Source: a virus. From it: a stretch of DNA of 64,000 nt. This document shows positions 63,559-64,000 of the stretch, in pieces. The translations under genes were made by a program, and so were the position numbers. The DNA lies in the IMG/VR virus record IMGVR_UViG_3300044681_000369, positions 32,001 through 96,000 of that record; one strand, 5' to 3'. How positions within the stretch are numbered: the stretch's first letter is position 1; each line of letters starts with the position of its first letter. Below the pieces are notes generated by a model. That model did not search any database. It was not told the DNA's origin and saw nothing but the letters and a program-made list of their open reading frames with translations.

Positions 63559-64000
63559 TTAGATTGAATAATTCGTGCCGACGTAATCACCGGAATGAAA
63601 GTCGCCAGCCCAATAATCCTGTATATTTATAATGCCTGACTCACTAGTTCCTAAAGTATCTACTGTCTGTTTTGCCAGAGATGAACTCTGATTTTCCATT
63701 AAGTGTAATGTTGACTGCGCACCGCCCCCATTTGAGGCTATTGATATATTTTCATTTACTTCATTTGTCTCATTTACAACAGGACCATGGAAAACAATAC
63801 GATCATCGCCTACTGATGTTGCATCTACAACACTCTTTACTGTGTGTCCAGAAAATACATCGGTTACTATCGGATCGTCATTAGGAACAGTAAATACTGG
63901 CTGATTAACTACAGTATCCGAAGTAGATACAACTTCTGTAATAACTTTCTGATATGTTACATTATATAGCTCACCTACAATTGCGTTTTCTACTATAACT
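63559..64000 (-). CDS. 3' end of a baseplate-region structural gene (partial)
   Basis: Open frame from the right edge to TAA at 63559-63561, ending ...QDYWAGDFHSGDYVGTNYSI. Confidence 0.65.
   Translation of the reverse strand, partial: VIVENAIVGELYNVTYQKVITEVVSTSDTVVNQPVFTVPNDDPIVTDVFSGHTVKSVVDATSVGDDRIVFHGPVVNETNEVNENISIASNGGGAQSTLHLMENQSSSLAKQTVDTLGTSESGIINIQDYWAGDFHSGDYVGTNYSI
63624..63631 (-). promoter_or_regulatory. Late promoter (intragenic) upstream of 63071..63529
   Basis: TATAAATA. Confidence 0.6.

Overview
64 kb of a T4-like (myovirus) phage genome, almost entirely encoded on the minus strand. The left half is the replication/early block: gp41, uvsX, gp43, regA, gp62/44/45, gp46/47, gp55, uvsW and uvsY. 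It is interspersed with auxiliary genes: tRNA-Arg(UCU), an APS-kinase/nucleotidyltransferase fusion, a short UDP-glucose dehydrogenase, a secreted SNase, Hsp20, a PlcP/LpxH-like phosphoesterase plus GT2, a peroxiredoxin, a MoxR AAA/VWA pair, ClpP and peptide deformylase. The right half is the late structural block (gp3, 23, 22, 21, 20, 19, 18, 17, 16, 15, 14, 13 ... DUF4815-type protein, gp8), with TATAAATA late promoters; early genes have sigma70-type promoters. The gene order resembles aquatic T4-like phages and a proteobacterial host is plausible (inference). The most unusual part lies between gp8 and gp13. It holds (i) fibre modules whose N-terminal domains and C-terminal motifs appear to form a hook-and-socket assembly code, (ii) a fibre whose Tyr/Ser/Gly/Thr repeat is mirror-symmetric, suggesting a ~90-residue out-and-back beta-hairpin needle, (iii) a mucin-like Thr tract in a large virion protein, and (iv) a cluster of five DxD glycosyltransferases, a methyltransferase-like protein and a 2OG-Fe(II)-like protein that could modify them. 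Other notable items are a possible phage PlcP lipid-remodelling module, a ROSE-like RNA thermometer on hsp20, IHF-consensus sites phased upstream of three early promoters, and an orphan antisense promoter. All family assignments come from motif recognition by eye; no database searches were run.
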